A DNA stretch of 62,384 nucleotides, counting the filler. It is 5 parts of 5 records of this genome, joined end to end, with 100 filler letters (N's around TTAATTAATTAA, not from the genome) between each part and the next. Parts side by side here need not be neighbours in the genome. Positions count along the whole stretch, not along the records: positions 36,377 to 48,491 come from SRR31147125_17052; positions 48,592 to 54,538 come from SRR31147125_17053; 3 more parts are not named here. One strand, 5' to 3'. Positions 43,576 to 52,680 of the stretch are shown one piece after another. A program made the translations under genes and the position numbers. Under the pieces are notes generated by a model. That model made no database searches. It was not told the DNA's origin and saw only the letters and a list, made by a program, of their open reading frames with translations. Positions within the stretch are counted from its first letter, which is position 1. Every line of letters starts with the position of its first letter.

Positions 43576-45201
43576 CTACTCATTCCCCTCAATATGCAGA
43601 TTATTTATCTCTGGCAATGCTGAAAAATCCGTAATATTGTTATTTTCAAGGAATAAATTCTCTAACTTAAGATTCACAAGTGGTGTGACATCTTCAACAA
43701 AGGCGTTATTAATATATAAAAACTTCAACCTGAACAGGTCTGCCAAAGGTGATAAATCAGATACTGAGGTAAAGGATGCATTTAGCTCGCTAAGGTATAT
43801 CATATCTGACAAAGCAGATATATCTGTAATAGGGTTTCCATCCAGATTCAAAGAAATGATTCCACTGCAGTCTGCAAGGGGCGATATATCTGAAATGTAG
43901 TTGCCAGCAGTATTGAGGTATTCAAGGTTTAGATGTGATAATGCAGAAATATCATTAATATTCTGATATACCAGATGCAGCGACCTGATGTTATTAAACA
44001 TCTTCAAATCATCAATGCTCTTTATCTGGCCCCTTTGTAACTTTGTATCGTTTCCCTCTTTGTAATCATCACGATACACATATACATTGTCAAAGCTCGG
44101 ACTATAGCTTATCATCAGCTCCTGACTATCATCAAAGTATTTATCTCCCCAGATATGCAGGTACTCTATTTCATCCAGTTCATACATCACAATTGGCTCG
44201 TCGTTTGTCTTGCCAAGCTGTTCACGTACTGCCATTTCAATAATTCCTGATTCAAACTCTACAATTTGGTCAGGGTTTTGATTGTAAAAAATTGGAATAA
44301 CCTCATATCTTTCCAATGCAATACCTAGTACAGTACCTATCAATAAACCAGCAGCAGCAAATGCAAAAGCCAGCATAAGAGATAGCTGAGACTTCTTCGA
44401 CTTCTCCGCCCTAATAATATCCGATTCTAATTCTTTTACACTATTGTATCTGTCCTTTGGAGAAAATGCTGTGCATTTATCTATTATTCTGGCGAATGCC
44501 TTATTGTCCAGCATATCAATGCGCTTGATATCAGTAGACAATGTAGTCAAAAACATCATCAATACCCCAACCGCATATATATCAGACCTTTCATCAGTCT
44601 GAGCATATCCATATTGCTCTGGCGGTGAATATACCTTTGTACCAATACATGTTGTGTCTTTGGTAGATGTTTCATCGAATTTCCTGGAGATATCAAAATC
44701 AATCAGTTTTATATTATTCTGAGAATCAATTATTATATTCTCCGCCTTAATATCTCTGTATATTATAGGTGTTTTCCTTGAATGCAGATAGTCAAGTATA
44801 TCTATAATATCTTTTATCACATTAAGTGCTTTTGCACTTGAGAATACCCCGTTCTGAATTATATAATCCGCTAGAGTAGTTCCATCAAAATACTCTCTAA
44901 TCAAATAAGTCTTTCCTTTAATATTATGATTCTCAACAAACGATGGTATTGCTGAATGTGATAATTCTTTCAAAATACTATCATTCTCCTCAAACATAGT
45001 ATCATGGATTTTTAGTACTCTTTTCACATAATCTTTTTTGCTCTTAATCAAATAAACTTCCGAGCGTTTTGACTTTGACAGCAATGTAATTATTTCGTAC
45101 TTTTCTAGTATAATAGATGGCAGTAACTCATCATCGTTCATCATCTGCACAAATTCCTGCTTAAACTCAACTACATCTTTTAATATATCTTTTTTTTCCA
45201 T
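43576..45201 (-). CDS. Hanks-type Ser/Thr protein kinase with TM helix and extracellular internalin-like LRR domain
   Basis: VLKI, YRDIKAENI, DFD, GTKVYSPPEQYG, SDIYAVG; TM helix; LRR units L..N.I.DISAL. Confidence 0.9.
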   Translation of the reverse strand: MEKKDILKDVVEFKQEFVQMMNDDELLPSIILEKYEIITLLSKSKRSEVYLIKSKKDYVKRVLKIHDTMFEENDSILKELSHSAIPSFVENHNIKGKTYLIREYFDGTTLADYIIQNGVFSSAKALNVIKDIIDILDYLHSRKTPIIYRDIKAENIIIDSQNNIKLIDFDISRKFDETSTKDTTCIGTKVYSPPEQYGYAQTDERSDIYAVGVLMMFLTTLSTDIKRIDMLDNKAFARIIDKCTAFSPKDRYNSVKELESDIIRAEKSKKSQLSLMLAFAFAAAGLLIGTVLGIALERYEVIPIFYNQNPDQIVEFESGIIEMAVREQLGKTNDEPIVMYELDEIEYLHIWGDKYFDDSQELMISYSPSFDNVYVYRDDYKEGNDTKLQRGQIKSIDDLKMFNNIRSLHLVYQNINDISALSHLNLEYLNTAGNYISDISPLADCSGIISLNLDGNPITDISALSDMIYLSELNASFTSVSDLSPLADLFRLKFLYINNAFVEDVTPLVNLKLENLFLENNNITDFSALPEINNLHIEGNE

Positions 45202-45628
45202 TATTCATCCTTCACAAATTCATCTAAAAACCATTGGTATTCCAAATAAGAATATCCCCGATTCAAGCAACGTATTGCTGCCGCTTCATTCAGTTTTCTT
45301 GGGTCAAGTTTAGATTTTCCTGCAGCTTCAAAGAGCTTAATTGCCTCTCTGCTATTCAAGCATAGCCCAAAACTTATTCGAATTAAGTTCTCACGGTTTG
45401 CCTTCCTTCTTCCATTTATTAAATGGTAACCAAATGTTCTTTCCAGATCAGATCCTTTTATTACATCCGATCTTTTTAAATCCTTTTTTTAAGCACATTC
45501 AGTACAAACTCATACAGTGAGCGATCAAAAAAATCATCCTCGTGTTTCTTTTTATAATCACCAAATCCAATGCCGTCTTCCAGCTCATCATACATGATTT
45601 GTGTAGTAGATTTATCTATTTCACTCAT
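45201..45628 (-). CDS. XRE/HTH-like transcriptional regulator, missed by the ORF track because of an A7 frameshift at 45484-45490
   Basis: With one added A: MSEIDKSTTQ...LKKKDLKRSDVIKGSDLERTFGYHLINGRRKANRENLIRISFGLCLNSREAIKLFEAAG...KDE; the stop overlaps the kinase ATG (TAATG). Confidence 0.75.
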
Positions 45629-45736
45629 TCTTTCTCTTTCCTCCCGGATACTTGATCTTAATTACTACTAATAATAATTATACCATACTTTGCAATTGAT
45701 AGTGTTGTATTCAAACAAGATTATTGTTGTAAATTT

Positions 45737-45780
45737 TTGTGCAAAATGCACACCATTTATTATTGCAGCAATAGTATATT
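45737..45780 (+). promoter_or_regulatory. Second operator copy plus -10-like box
   Basis: TTGTGCA-AAA-TGCACAC at 45737-45753, then 21 nt, then TATATT (45775-45780), upstream of the 45818 gene. Confidence 0.7.
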
Positions 45781-45817
45781 TAGTACATAAATAGAACATA
45801 CGAAAGAGAGAAAATTC

Positions 45818-46978
45818 ATGGACATATTATCAAACATAATAATTATAGTTATAACGTTAGCTAATATATTATTCTTTTTTATCAATGCTTCAGAAGGCTT
45901 TGCTCGAGGACGTAACTCATTTTCTTCCTTTTTATTCCCATCAATATTTCAAATAGGTTTGCCAATTATAGTGGGTGTAATATTAGCTAAATACAATTAT
46001 AATTCGCTGTGGTTATTACCTACTTTAGGAATAGGAGGTTATATATCATATAAACTATCCTTTTTGGGAACAGATTATAAAGGGCTACTAAATAGGGCAA
46101 AAACAAATACACCAGAAGAACTAGACTCTGTGTTAAAGGAACTCGAAAACGATGAACATAAAAATGCAATTGATGTTTTACTATGGATTGCAAAAAATGC
46201 TGCTATACCAGAACCTAACAGTAATAATGCTCCAGATAGAAGAGATATCGCAAGGCGCATGATAGGTGAAAATTTAAAAGGGAAAAAAGCTATTGATGCT
46301 CTTATTGAGTCAGCCCCTCCAAATCATGATTTCAAAAACGGATACATTCTAAAGTGTATGGAAACCTTAACAAATGAGGAACTGCTAGAGTATGCAGATA
46401 AACTGCCTGTATGCTCAAAAATAGTAGCCGATAATCGTGGAATAAAACTTAGCGAAATAATACCATGTAAAATATGTAATAAATGTGCTCGTAATAAAAA
46501 GCATGGTATAGTCTATAGCTATATAGTTAATTATACAAGGACTAGTAAAGAAATAGATACTCTTTACAGATATACAGTTACAAAGGATCATACTGAATCT
46601 CGTACTTGTTTTATATGCAAAGAATGTATTATCTCTATCATGAAATTAAAAGAATCTCACACACTCTATATAATTACTGGAGTAGTAGCTTCAGTAATCT
46701 GTGTATTGATTATGCTTATATGGAAAGCGTATTGGATTGGTGTATGTTTTTTATGCTGTGGTGTATTAGCTATAATATTTGGATTGATTGTTCAATTTAT
46801 ACATAACAAAAAGAACAGTAAAATGCTGGAAGACCTTAATAATAATTATTATGAAGATTACTTTGATTCAATAATATCATCTATTATCATCAATGAATTA
46901 TCCAACGGTGGTTCAGAATGCGATTTTGAAATCAAAAGCCTCCATCACAATATAATAGAGGTAATAAAACAAGATTAG
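45818..46978 (+). CDS. Membrane protein with a helical region and Cys clusters (putative Zn ribbon)
   Basis: 3 N-terminal and 2 C-terminal TM helices; CKICNKC and CFICKEC. Confidence 0.7.
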   Translation: MDILSNIIIIVITLANILFFFINASEGFARGRNSFSSFLFPSIFQIGLPIIVGVILAKYNYNSLWLLPTLGIGGYISYKLSFLGTDYKGLLNRAKTNTPEELDSVLKELENDEHKNAIDVLLWIAKNAAIPEPNSNNAPDRRDIARRMIGENLKGKKAIDALIESAPPNHDFKNGYILKCMETLTNEELLEYADKLPVCSKIVADNRGIKLSEIIPCKICNKCARNKKHGIVYSYIVNYTRTSKEIDTLYRYTVTKDHTESRTCFICKECIISIMKLKESHTLYIITGVVASVICVLIMLIWKAYWIGVCFLCCGVLAIIFGLIVQFIHNKKNSKMLEDLNNNYYEDYFDSIISSIIINELSNGGSECDFEIKSLHHNIIEVIKQD

Positions 46979-47066
46979 TTTTACTATTTATACTTCATGT
47001 TCAGACTTTTTGAAGACGTACATAAGACGAATAAGTAAATTCATAATATAATAAACGAGGTAATTT

Positions 47067-47195
47067 ATGACAACTACACAAGGTACAATAGAGGGCTTAA
47101 CCGACGAACTAACACCATTCAGTAAGCTGACTACAGCAATAATTACAGCATCTACAAATATACGCAGAGCTGGAAATATGCTGATTATTTACTAG
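47067..47195 (+). CDS. Possible 42-aa Thr-rich small ORF or gene remnant
   Basis: GAGGT RBS then MTTTQGTIEGLTDELTPFSKLTTAIITASTNIRRAGNMLIIY*. Confidence 0.35.
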   Translation: MTTTQGTIEGLTDELTPFSKLTTAIITASTNIRRAGNMLIIY

Positions 47196-47205
47196 TGCGC
47201 ATAGC

Positions 47206-47255
47206 CTATTGGTGTGCAAAATGCACACCAATAGCATCCCTCAAACATATATAAT
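47206..47255 (+). promoter_or_regulatory. Third operator copy (extended 13-bp perfect inverted repeat) plus -10 box
   Basis: CTATTGGTGTGCA-AAA-TGCACACCAATAG at 47206-47234; core ends at 47228, then 21 nt, then TATAAT (47250-47255). Confidence 0.78.
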
Positions 47256-47287
47256 AAAAATATAAATAATATGGAGGTACAAATAAC

Positions 47288-48003
47288 ATGAAAAGATATA
47301 TAGTTCTTGTTCTATTATTGCTATTACTAATAGCACTTTCAGGCTGCAGCAGCCAAACGCAGACAGCAGAGCTAAACGAAATCGAGACCACCTCTACAAT
47401 ATCAGAAGCAACACCTGAGCCAACAGTAGAAACAGCACCTGAACCAACATATGAAGCTCCAGCATATGAATCCATCATAGAGGGTTTTAATCCTGCATTG
47501 ATTGAGGCAGTCAAACCATATTCAACCAATGTATCTATATCTCTACAAAAGTACGATGGAAAATCAAAATATAAACTCCAGTTTAATCTAATCGAGAATA
47601 GTTTGGAGGACTGCAGGCAATCAATAGAATCTGCTCTGGACATTACATTTAGTAAGCTAGATAACGAAGATGGATATGAAGCAGAGTATGAAAAAACTGC
47701 AATAATCATGTTTATAAACGAATATGGTCAGGGGTAGAGATTCTAATCTCTGCACATAGTATGCCTGATAAGAAACTCTCAGATTACTACTTTGAGGAGC
47801 TGTCAATACCTGTACCAGATGACATGGAACTGTTTTTTACAAATCTGCAGATAAATTTCATAGAGAATAACGTTGTTGTACACCAAAATTACACAGTTGA
47901 TGCAGCTCAAAAGGATGCAGTCTATAATGCATATACCTTGGAACTTCAAAAGTATCCTACTTACAAGGAACACAACTTTTACTTAGTATCCTATCACAAG
48001 TAA
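47288..48003 (+). CDS. Lipoprotein with Pro/Thr/Glu linker, probably frameshifted at the G run near 47731-47734
   Basis: GGAGG RBS, lipobox LSGC, TPEPT repeats; one extra G links it to ORF 47761-48003. Confidence 0.6.
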
Positions 48004-48185
48004 TGATGAATAATGGATATACTGATGAGCAGGCAGACAGAATCAAAGAAATAGGTCAAAACGTATATGATGATCACGGTGCAATGGGTATGAAGGAAGT
48101 ATATCGAGGGGTAACAAGCAAGCTCCCTGCACTGGGCTCAACTCTATCGCAGATTTGGGATGGAGTCGCTGACTGGGCGTATTAA
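48003..48185 (+). CDS. Small helical domain or C-terminal gene fragment
   Basis: RIKEIGQ..HGAMGM..LSQIWDGVADW; frame open upstream to about 47928 with no clear RBS. Confidence 0.5.
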   Translation: MMNNGYTDEQADRIKEIGQNVYDDHGAMGMKEVYRGVTSKLPALGSTLSQIWDGVADWAY

Positions 48186-48263
48186 TAGTAATTAATCATA
48201 ATATGTAGCTGCAGACATTAAACCAACTGCAGTTACATTATCTATAGCACAAGGAGAATATTC

Positions 48264-48491
48264 ATGGATAATAACAATAAAACCGATCCTGTAGAATTAG
48301 CTCTATTCGCACTTCATATGAAGGCAACATATACAGTTAAACATACAGTTATTAATACCCTGGATTATCTTTCTCTAAAACCTTTTTCCACAGAAGAGCG
48401 CAATCAGTATACACCTATTGAGTGGATTGAAAAGCAGGAGATAAAAGCTACAGAACTACTTCGTTACACCAACAGTGTTGCACTGCTGTTT
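48264..48491 (+). CDS. Hypothetical protein, 3'-truncated
   Basis: AAGGAG RBS and ATG; open to the contig end. Confidence 0.55.
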
Positions 48492-48591
48492 NNNNNNNNN
48501 NNNNNNNNNNNNNNNNNNNNNNNNNNNNNNNNNNNTTAATTAATTAANNNNNNNNNNNNNNNNNNNNNNNNNNNNNNNNNNNNNNNNNNNN
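48492..48591. other. Artificial contig spacer
   Basis: N44-TTAATTAATTAA-N44. Confidence 0.98.
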
Positions 48592-49140
48592 TGTTTGATT
48601 TTGAGTGTTGTTCCTTTGATATTTACACTCTATGGGTCTGTTCTTCTTTCGACAGCATATTCCTCTATATTAGCTTTTTTTCTATTAGGGGCAACGCTTA
48701 TTGCGATTGGGATGTTTATTTCGAGCATAACGGAGAATCAGGTTGCTGCCGCAATTATCTCATTCAGCGTATTTTTTGTGGGATATCTATCTACTGCCAT
48801 TATCTCCTACTTATCGTTTTCAGTGATGGCATCATTTGCTGCAATCGTTATTCTTGCCCTGATAATCTGTGTTTTATTATGGGTAATCACAAAACAATGG
48901 CTGTTATCAGGTGGTTTTTTCTTGATTACTGTTATAGCACTAGTTTTGATACTGTTAATAAACAGCTCTGTTTTTGAGGGCGCTTTTCAGAATGTTTTGA
49001 GTTGGATAACACCGTTTGGACACTTTCAAAACTTTATAGATGGTTTGTTCGATATAAACGCGGTTGTATATTATATTACCACCACGATACTTTTTGTTTT
49101 TTTTACCGTTCAATCCATTGAAAAAAGGAGATGGAACTGA
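48592..49140 (+). CDS. ABC-2/GldF-like permease, 5'-truncated
   Basis: AIGMFISSITENQVAAA, F..F.DG.FD...VVYY, QSIEKRRWN. Confidence 0.8.
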   Translation, partial: CLILSVVPLIFTLYGSVLLSTAYSSILAFFLLGATLIAIGMFISSITENQVAAAIISFSVFFVGYLSTAIISYLSFSVMASFAAIVILALIICVLLWVITKQWLLSGGFFLITVIALVLILLINSSVFEGAFQNVLSWITPFGHFQNFIDGLFDINAVVYYITTTILFVFFTVQSIEKRRWN

Positions 49141-50561
49141 TGACGGATACATCAAAAAAGAGACGTCGACATGGTGCTCGAACAATTCTCTTAAGTGTTT
49201 TAGCGTTAATTGCTGTTTTGATTGTTAACTATTGCATAAGTCTATTGCCCACCGCAACGACACATATTGATTTAACAGAGTCGAATCTGCTCGAAATATC
49301 TGAAGGAACCTATACGGTGCTTGAAAATCTTGATGAAGATATTACGGTATATTATGTTGTTCAAAACGGGAATGAAGACACGAGCACAAGCGAGATGCTT
49401 TCGCGGTATGAGGATATTAATTCGCACATCAATGTTGTTCAAAAAGATCCGATATTATATCCTAATTTTACGTCCTCATATACAGATGATTCGCTTGAAG
49501 AGAATAGTTTGATTGTCACAAGTGAAAAGCGGTACACCGTTGTTCCGTATGAGGAGATTTATGTCTCATATTATACCTATGATACGGAAAATGCCACATA
49601 TTATGCAAATACGCGATTTGAATGTGAGCAGGCACTGACATCGGCTATTGATTTTGTTACAACCGATGAGTTGCCCACGGTTTATATGCTGACGGGTCAT
49701 GGTGAATTTTCGCTTTCAAGTTCGCTAAAAAACGAAATCGAGCGGCAAAATATGGTGATAAGTGAGTTGTATTTGCAAACGGAGGGTGGCGTGCCAGAAG
49801 ATGCTGGATGTGTATTTATCTATTCGCCGATTTCTGATATATCCGTACAAGAGAAGGAAATGCTACAACGTTACTTTGATAATGGTGGCACGATATTTTT
49901 GATTACCAGTTATACGACAAACGATATGTCAAATTTAGCAGCAATGATGGCGGATTATGAGATGGCTCTGATTGATGGCGTGGTTTTGGATAGCGATGCT
50001 GATTGTTATTTGGCTGGATATCCGTATTATTTGTTTCCTACACTTGGCGATCATGTTATTACTGAACCACTGACAGATGATGGGTATCGCGTTTTAATGC
50101 CATATGCACAAGGCGTTGAAATTACCGACACTTCCGACAAAACCCTTTCAGTCACACCGTTGCTAACTACTTCGGACAGTGCCTATTCAAAGATTCAGGG
50201 CTTTCAATCTGTGACGCAAGAAAAAGAAGAAGGCGATATTGAGGGACCATTTTATCTCGGAGTAGCGGTTGAGGATGAAGATAATGAATCCAAAATTGTG
50301 TGGTATACAAGCGCTATGCTTTTTGATGATGATGCAAATACCCGTGTTTCGGGTGGTAATACCAGTTTGATTATTAATTCACTTGGTTGGCTGTGTACAC
50401 ACCAGAACGCGATTACGATTCATGGAAAAAGTGTAATGTCACCGTATCTTTCAGTGCCACAGGGCGCAGCAAGAATATGGAATTTAATATTTATTGGTGT
50501 AATTCCACTGCTATGTGTTGTTGTAGGGATCGTAATATTTATGCGTCGAAAGAATGCATAG
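49131..50561 (+). CDS. GldG-like ABC transporter auxiliary component
   Basis: IDLT...L..ISE.T, EQALTSAI, YMLTGHGE, P.SDIS..E, C-terminal TM plus RRK. Confidence 0.85.
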   Translation: MELMTDTSKKRRRHGARTILLSVLALIAVLIVNYCISLLPTATTHIDLTESNLLEISEGTYTVLENLDEDITVYYVVQNGNEDTSTSEMLSRYEDINSHINVVQKDPILYPNFTSSYTDDSLEENSLIVTSEKRYTVVPYEEIYVSYYTYDTENATYYANTRFECEQALTSAIDFVTTDELPTVYMLTGHGEFSLSSSLKNEIERQNMVISELYLQTEGGVPEDAGCVFIYSPISDISVQEKEMLQRYFDNGGTIFLITSYTTNDMSNLAAMMADYEMALIDGVVLDSDADCYLAGYPYYLFPTLGDHVITEPLTDDGYRVLMPYAQGVEITDTSDKTLSVTPLLTTSDSAYSKIQGFQSVTQEKEEGDIEGPFYLGVAVEDEDNESKIVWYTSAMLFDDDANTRVSGGNTSLIINSLGWLCTHQNAITIHGKSVMSPYLSVPQGAARIWNLIFIGVIPLLCVVVGIVIFMRRKNA

Positions 50562-50638
50562 AATTTGTATGATCGATGCTGGAAGAATAAGCGGTTTGTC
50601 GCAAAGTGCGGAAGATGTATTTGTTAGGAGGCGGTCTC

Positions 50639-51427
50639 TTGAAGAATAGAGTAATAGTTGTTTTGGTTTTGGTTTTGTGCTTAGGTCTACCAACCGTAGC
50701 TTTGGCCTACGAAACAAGTGATGAAGCATCTGCTGCTTATCAGGCTATTGAATCAAGTATTGCAGAGATATATGGTATTGATTCGGAGACTGGTCTGACG
50801 CGTTACCCTGAGAGTTTTGGCGGCGCATGGATTGATGAGGATAATTATCTTGTGGTTGCACTCACGGATATATCTAAGAGTACGCAAAACTATTATATTG
50901 AGTTGTCTGGCAATGGTGATGTGCTCAAGTTTGTCGAAGTTCAGTATAGTCTTTCAGAGTTGCTGAATCTTTTTTATGAAATATATGATGAATCACAAGT
51001 ATATACAGATTTTATTATTGAGGAAATCAATTTTAGCTTAGTGGAGAATGCTGTTACAGTTTCGGTTATGGCGGATGGATATGATGTAGCAAATACTTTT
51101 TTCTCAAACACGTATGGCGACATGGTGATAGTGAGCGAAGGTAGTGAAATGTTGACTGAAGAGGAAATCTTAGATAGCAGCGAAGAAGTTGTGCAAAGTA
51201 TGATTGAAAATGAGGAGAACTCATCTATGGCAGATGGGTTTTGGCGATCGATTCCCATATGGTTGCGATGGTTAATCGTGGCTGTTCTCGTTCTGATAAT
51301 GGTTACATCTATTGTGATGATTATGAAGACGAGGCAGAAAGAGCCGGGGGTAAGAAAGCAATCTCTTAAAAAAGCATTAAAAGAAGAATTGAAAAACAGC
51401 GTTGACATCAAAGACAAAAATGATTAA
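50639..51427 (+). CDS. Exported acidic protein with C-terminal TM anchor
   Basis: GGAGG RBS before TTG at 50639; signal peptide; YPESFGGAWID; C-terminal TM and basic tail. Confidence 0.65.
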   Translation: MKNRVIVVLVLVLCLGLPTVALAYETSDEASAAYQAIESSIAEIYGIDSETGLTRYPESFGGAWIDEDNYLVVALTDISKSTQNYYIELSGNGDVLKFVEVQYSLSELLNLFYEIYDESQVYTDFIIEEINFSLVENAVTVSVMADGYDVANTFFSNTYGDMVIVSEGSEMLTEEEILDSSEEVVQSMIENEENSSMADGFWRSIPIWLRWLIVAVLVLIMVTSIVMIMKTRQKEPGVRKQSLKKALKEELKNSVDIKDKND

Positions 51428-51909
51428 GCAATAATGCGAGCGCAATGGAATGTACGACAACCTGATAAGCGGTCAGTCAAAGGTAAATGGTCCGATTCCA
51501 TAAAACTCAGCGCATCTCTTGATATTCTCTTGACCGATATAAAAATGTTTTTTACAAAGTAATCAACGTCATGGAATTTCTACTTGTCTTGCTCTTTGGT
51601 CATTTTACGTGCTTAGTGTTCTCACAACAGCGTTATCAATTCAGAAAACATCATGCTCCCAATCAGTATCAATCCGTCACAAGCCACATACTATTTTTTC
51701 ATCCACGTCGTATGTGTAGCTGCCAATGACATTCTGCCGTTCATCAGTATCACCCCTGATTAGTCTGCTAAGATCGTCATAAGTCATGGTTGACGAAATA
51801 TTTCCGCTACCTAAGCCATCACTAATGCCTGCATTCTAAATACGAAAATAGAAAGAACTGAAGTTCTCCCTCTCACTGTTACTACCCAAAGATATCCATG
51901 CTCACACCA

Positions 51910-52680
51910 CTATACCTGAAGCACAAACCGCTTACCGTCCACTTGCATCACATCCAGCCGTATTCCATAGATATCCTCAATGCGTTCGGGTGTAACGATA
52001 TCCTCCGGCGCACCTTGCGCTACAATAAACCCATCCTTTAAGCCCAATATCTCGTCGCTGTAGTGTATGGCCTGATTCATATCATGCAACACCATCACAA
52101 TGGTAATGCCAAATTCCCTGTTCAGCCGCCGAATCAGCTTTAGTATTTGCACCTGATATCGGATATCAAGGTAAGTTGTAGGTTCATCGAGCAGCAGCAG
52201 CTTGGTGTTTTGCGCCAGCGCCATCGCAATCCACACCCTTTGACGTTGTCCCCCCGAAAGCGCGGAAACCGCCTTATCCTGGTGCTTTTTTACATCTGTA
52301 ATCTCCATCGCCCAGTCGACCAACCGTTCATCTTCATCACGCATGCGCTGCATAAACGAAAGGAACGGAGTTCGCCCGTATCCTACCAGTTTTTTCACCG
52401 TTATATCACTGCTCACTGTATTTGTCTGATTGACGATGGCTACTTTTTTGGCAAAATCCTTCAGTTTGATTCCCTTGATGTTCCGTCCTTCGAACAATAT
52501 CTCTCCGCTCTGCAACGGTAGATTTTTCGTCATCAGATAAAAAAGTGTGGACTTCCCGCTGCCGTTGGAGCCAAGCACTGTAGTGACCTTGCCCTCCGGT
52601 ACCATGAAAGACACATCCTCCAGTACCCTGTTGTTCCCATAAGAAAAAGAAAGGTGTTTAATTTGCATAGTCTTTGCCAC
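51910..52680 (-). CDS. Heme/iron-siderophore ABC transporter ATP-binding protein (start at 52680 or 52668)
   Basis: GSNGSGKST, LSGGQRQRVWIAMALAQ, LLLDEPTTYLD, VLHD. Confidence 0.93.
   Translation of the reverse strand: MAKTMQIKHLSFSYGNNRVLEDVSFMVPEGKVTTVLGSNGSGKSTLFYLMTKNLPLQSGEILFEGRNIKGIKLKDFAKKVAIVNQTNTVSSDITVKKLVGYGRTPFLSFMQRMRDEDERLVDWAMEITDVKKHQDKAVSALSGGQRQRVWIAMALAQNTKLLLLDEPTTYLDIRYQVQILKLIRRLNREFGITIVMVLHDMNQAIHYSDEILGLKDGFIVAQGAPEDIVTPERIEDIYGIRLDVMQVDGKRFVLQV

Noticed and set aside
43501-47234. GTGTGCA-N3-TGCACAC copies as CRISPR repeats, terminators or IS ends
   Set aside because: Copies are kilobases apart with no spacer array, cas or transposase genes and no consistent U-tract, and their position relative to -10 boxes is fixed
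47206-47709. 167-aa minus-strand ORF
   Set aside because: Antisense to a lipoprotein that has an RBS, lipobox and its own promoter motif
48202-48240. Inverted repeat ATGTAGCTGCAG...CTGCAGTTACAT
   Set aside because: Single copy, unrelated to the operator motif, no clear U-tract; cannot assign a function
36377-48491. Alternative genetic code (UGA=Trp) for this contig
   Set aside because: Only one in-frame TGA was found. Long AT-rich ORFs with several TGG Trp codons have none, which would be unlikely under code 4.
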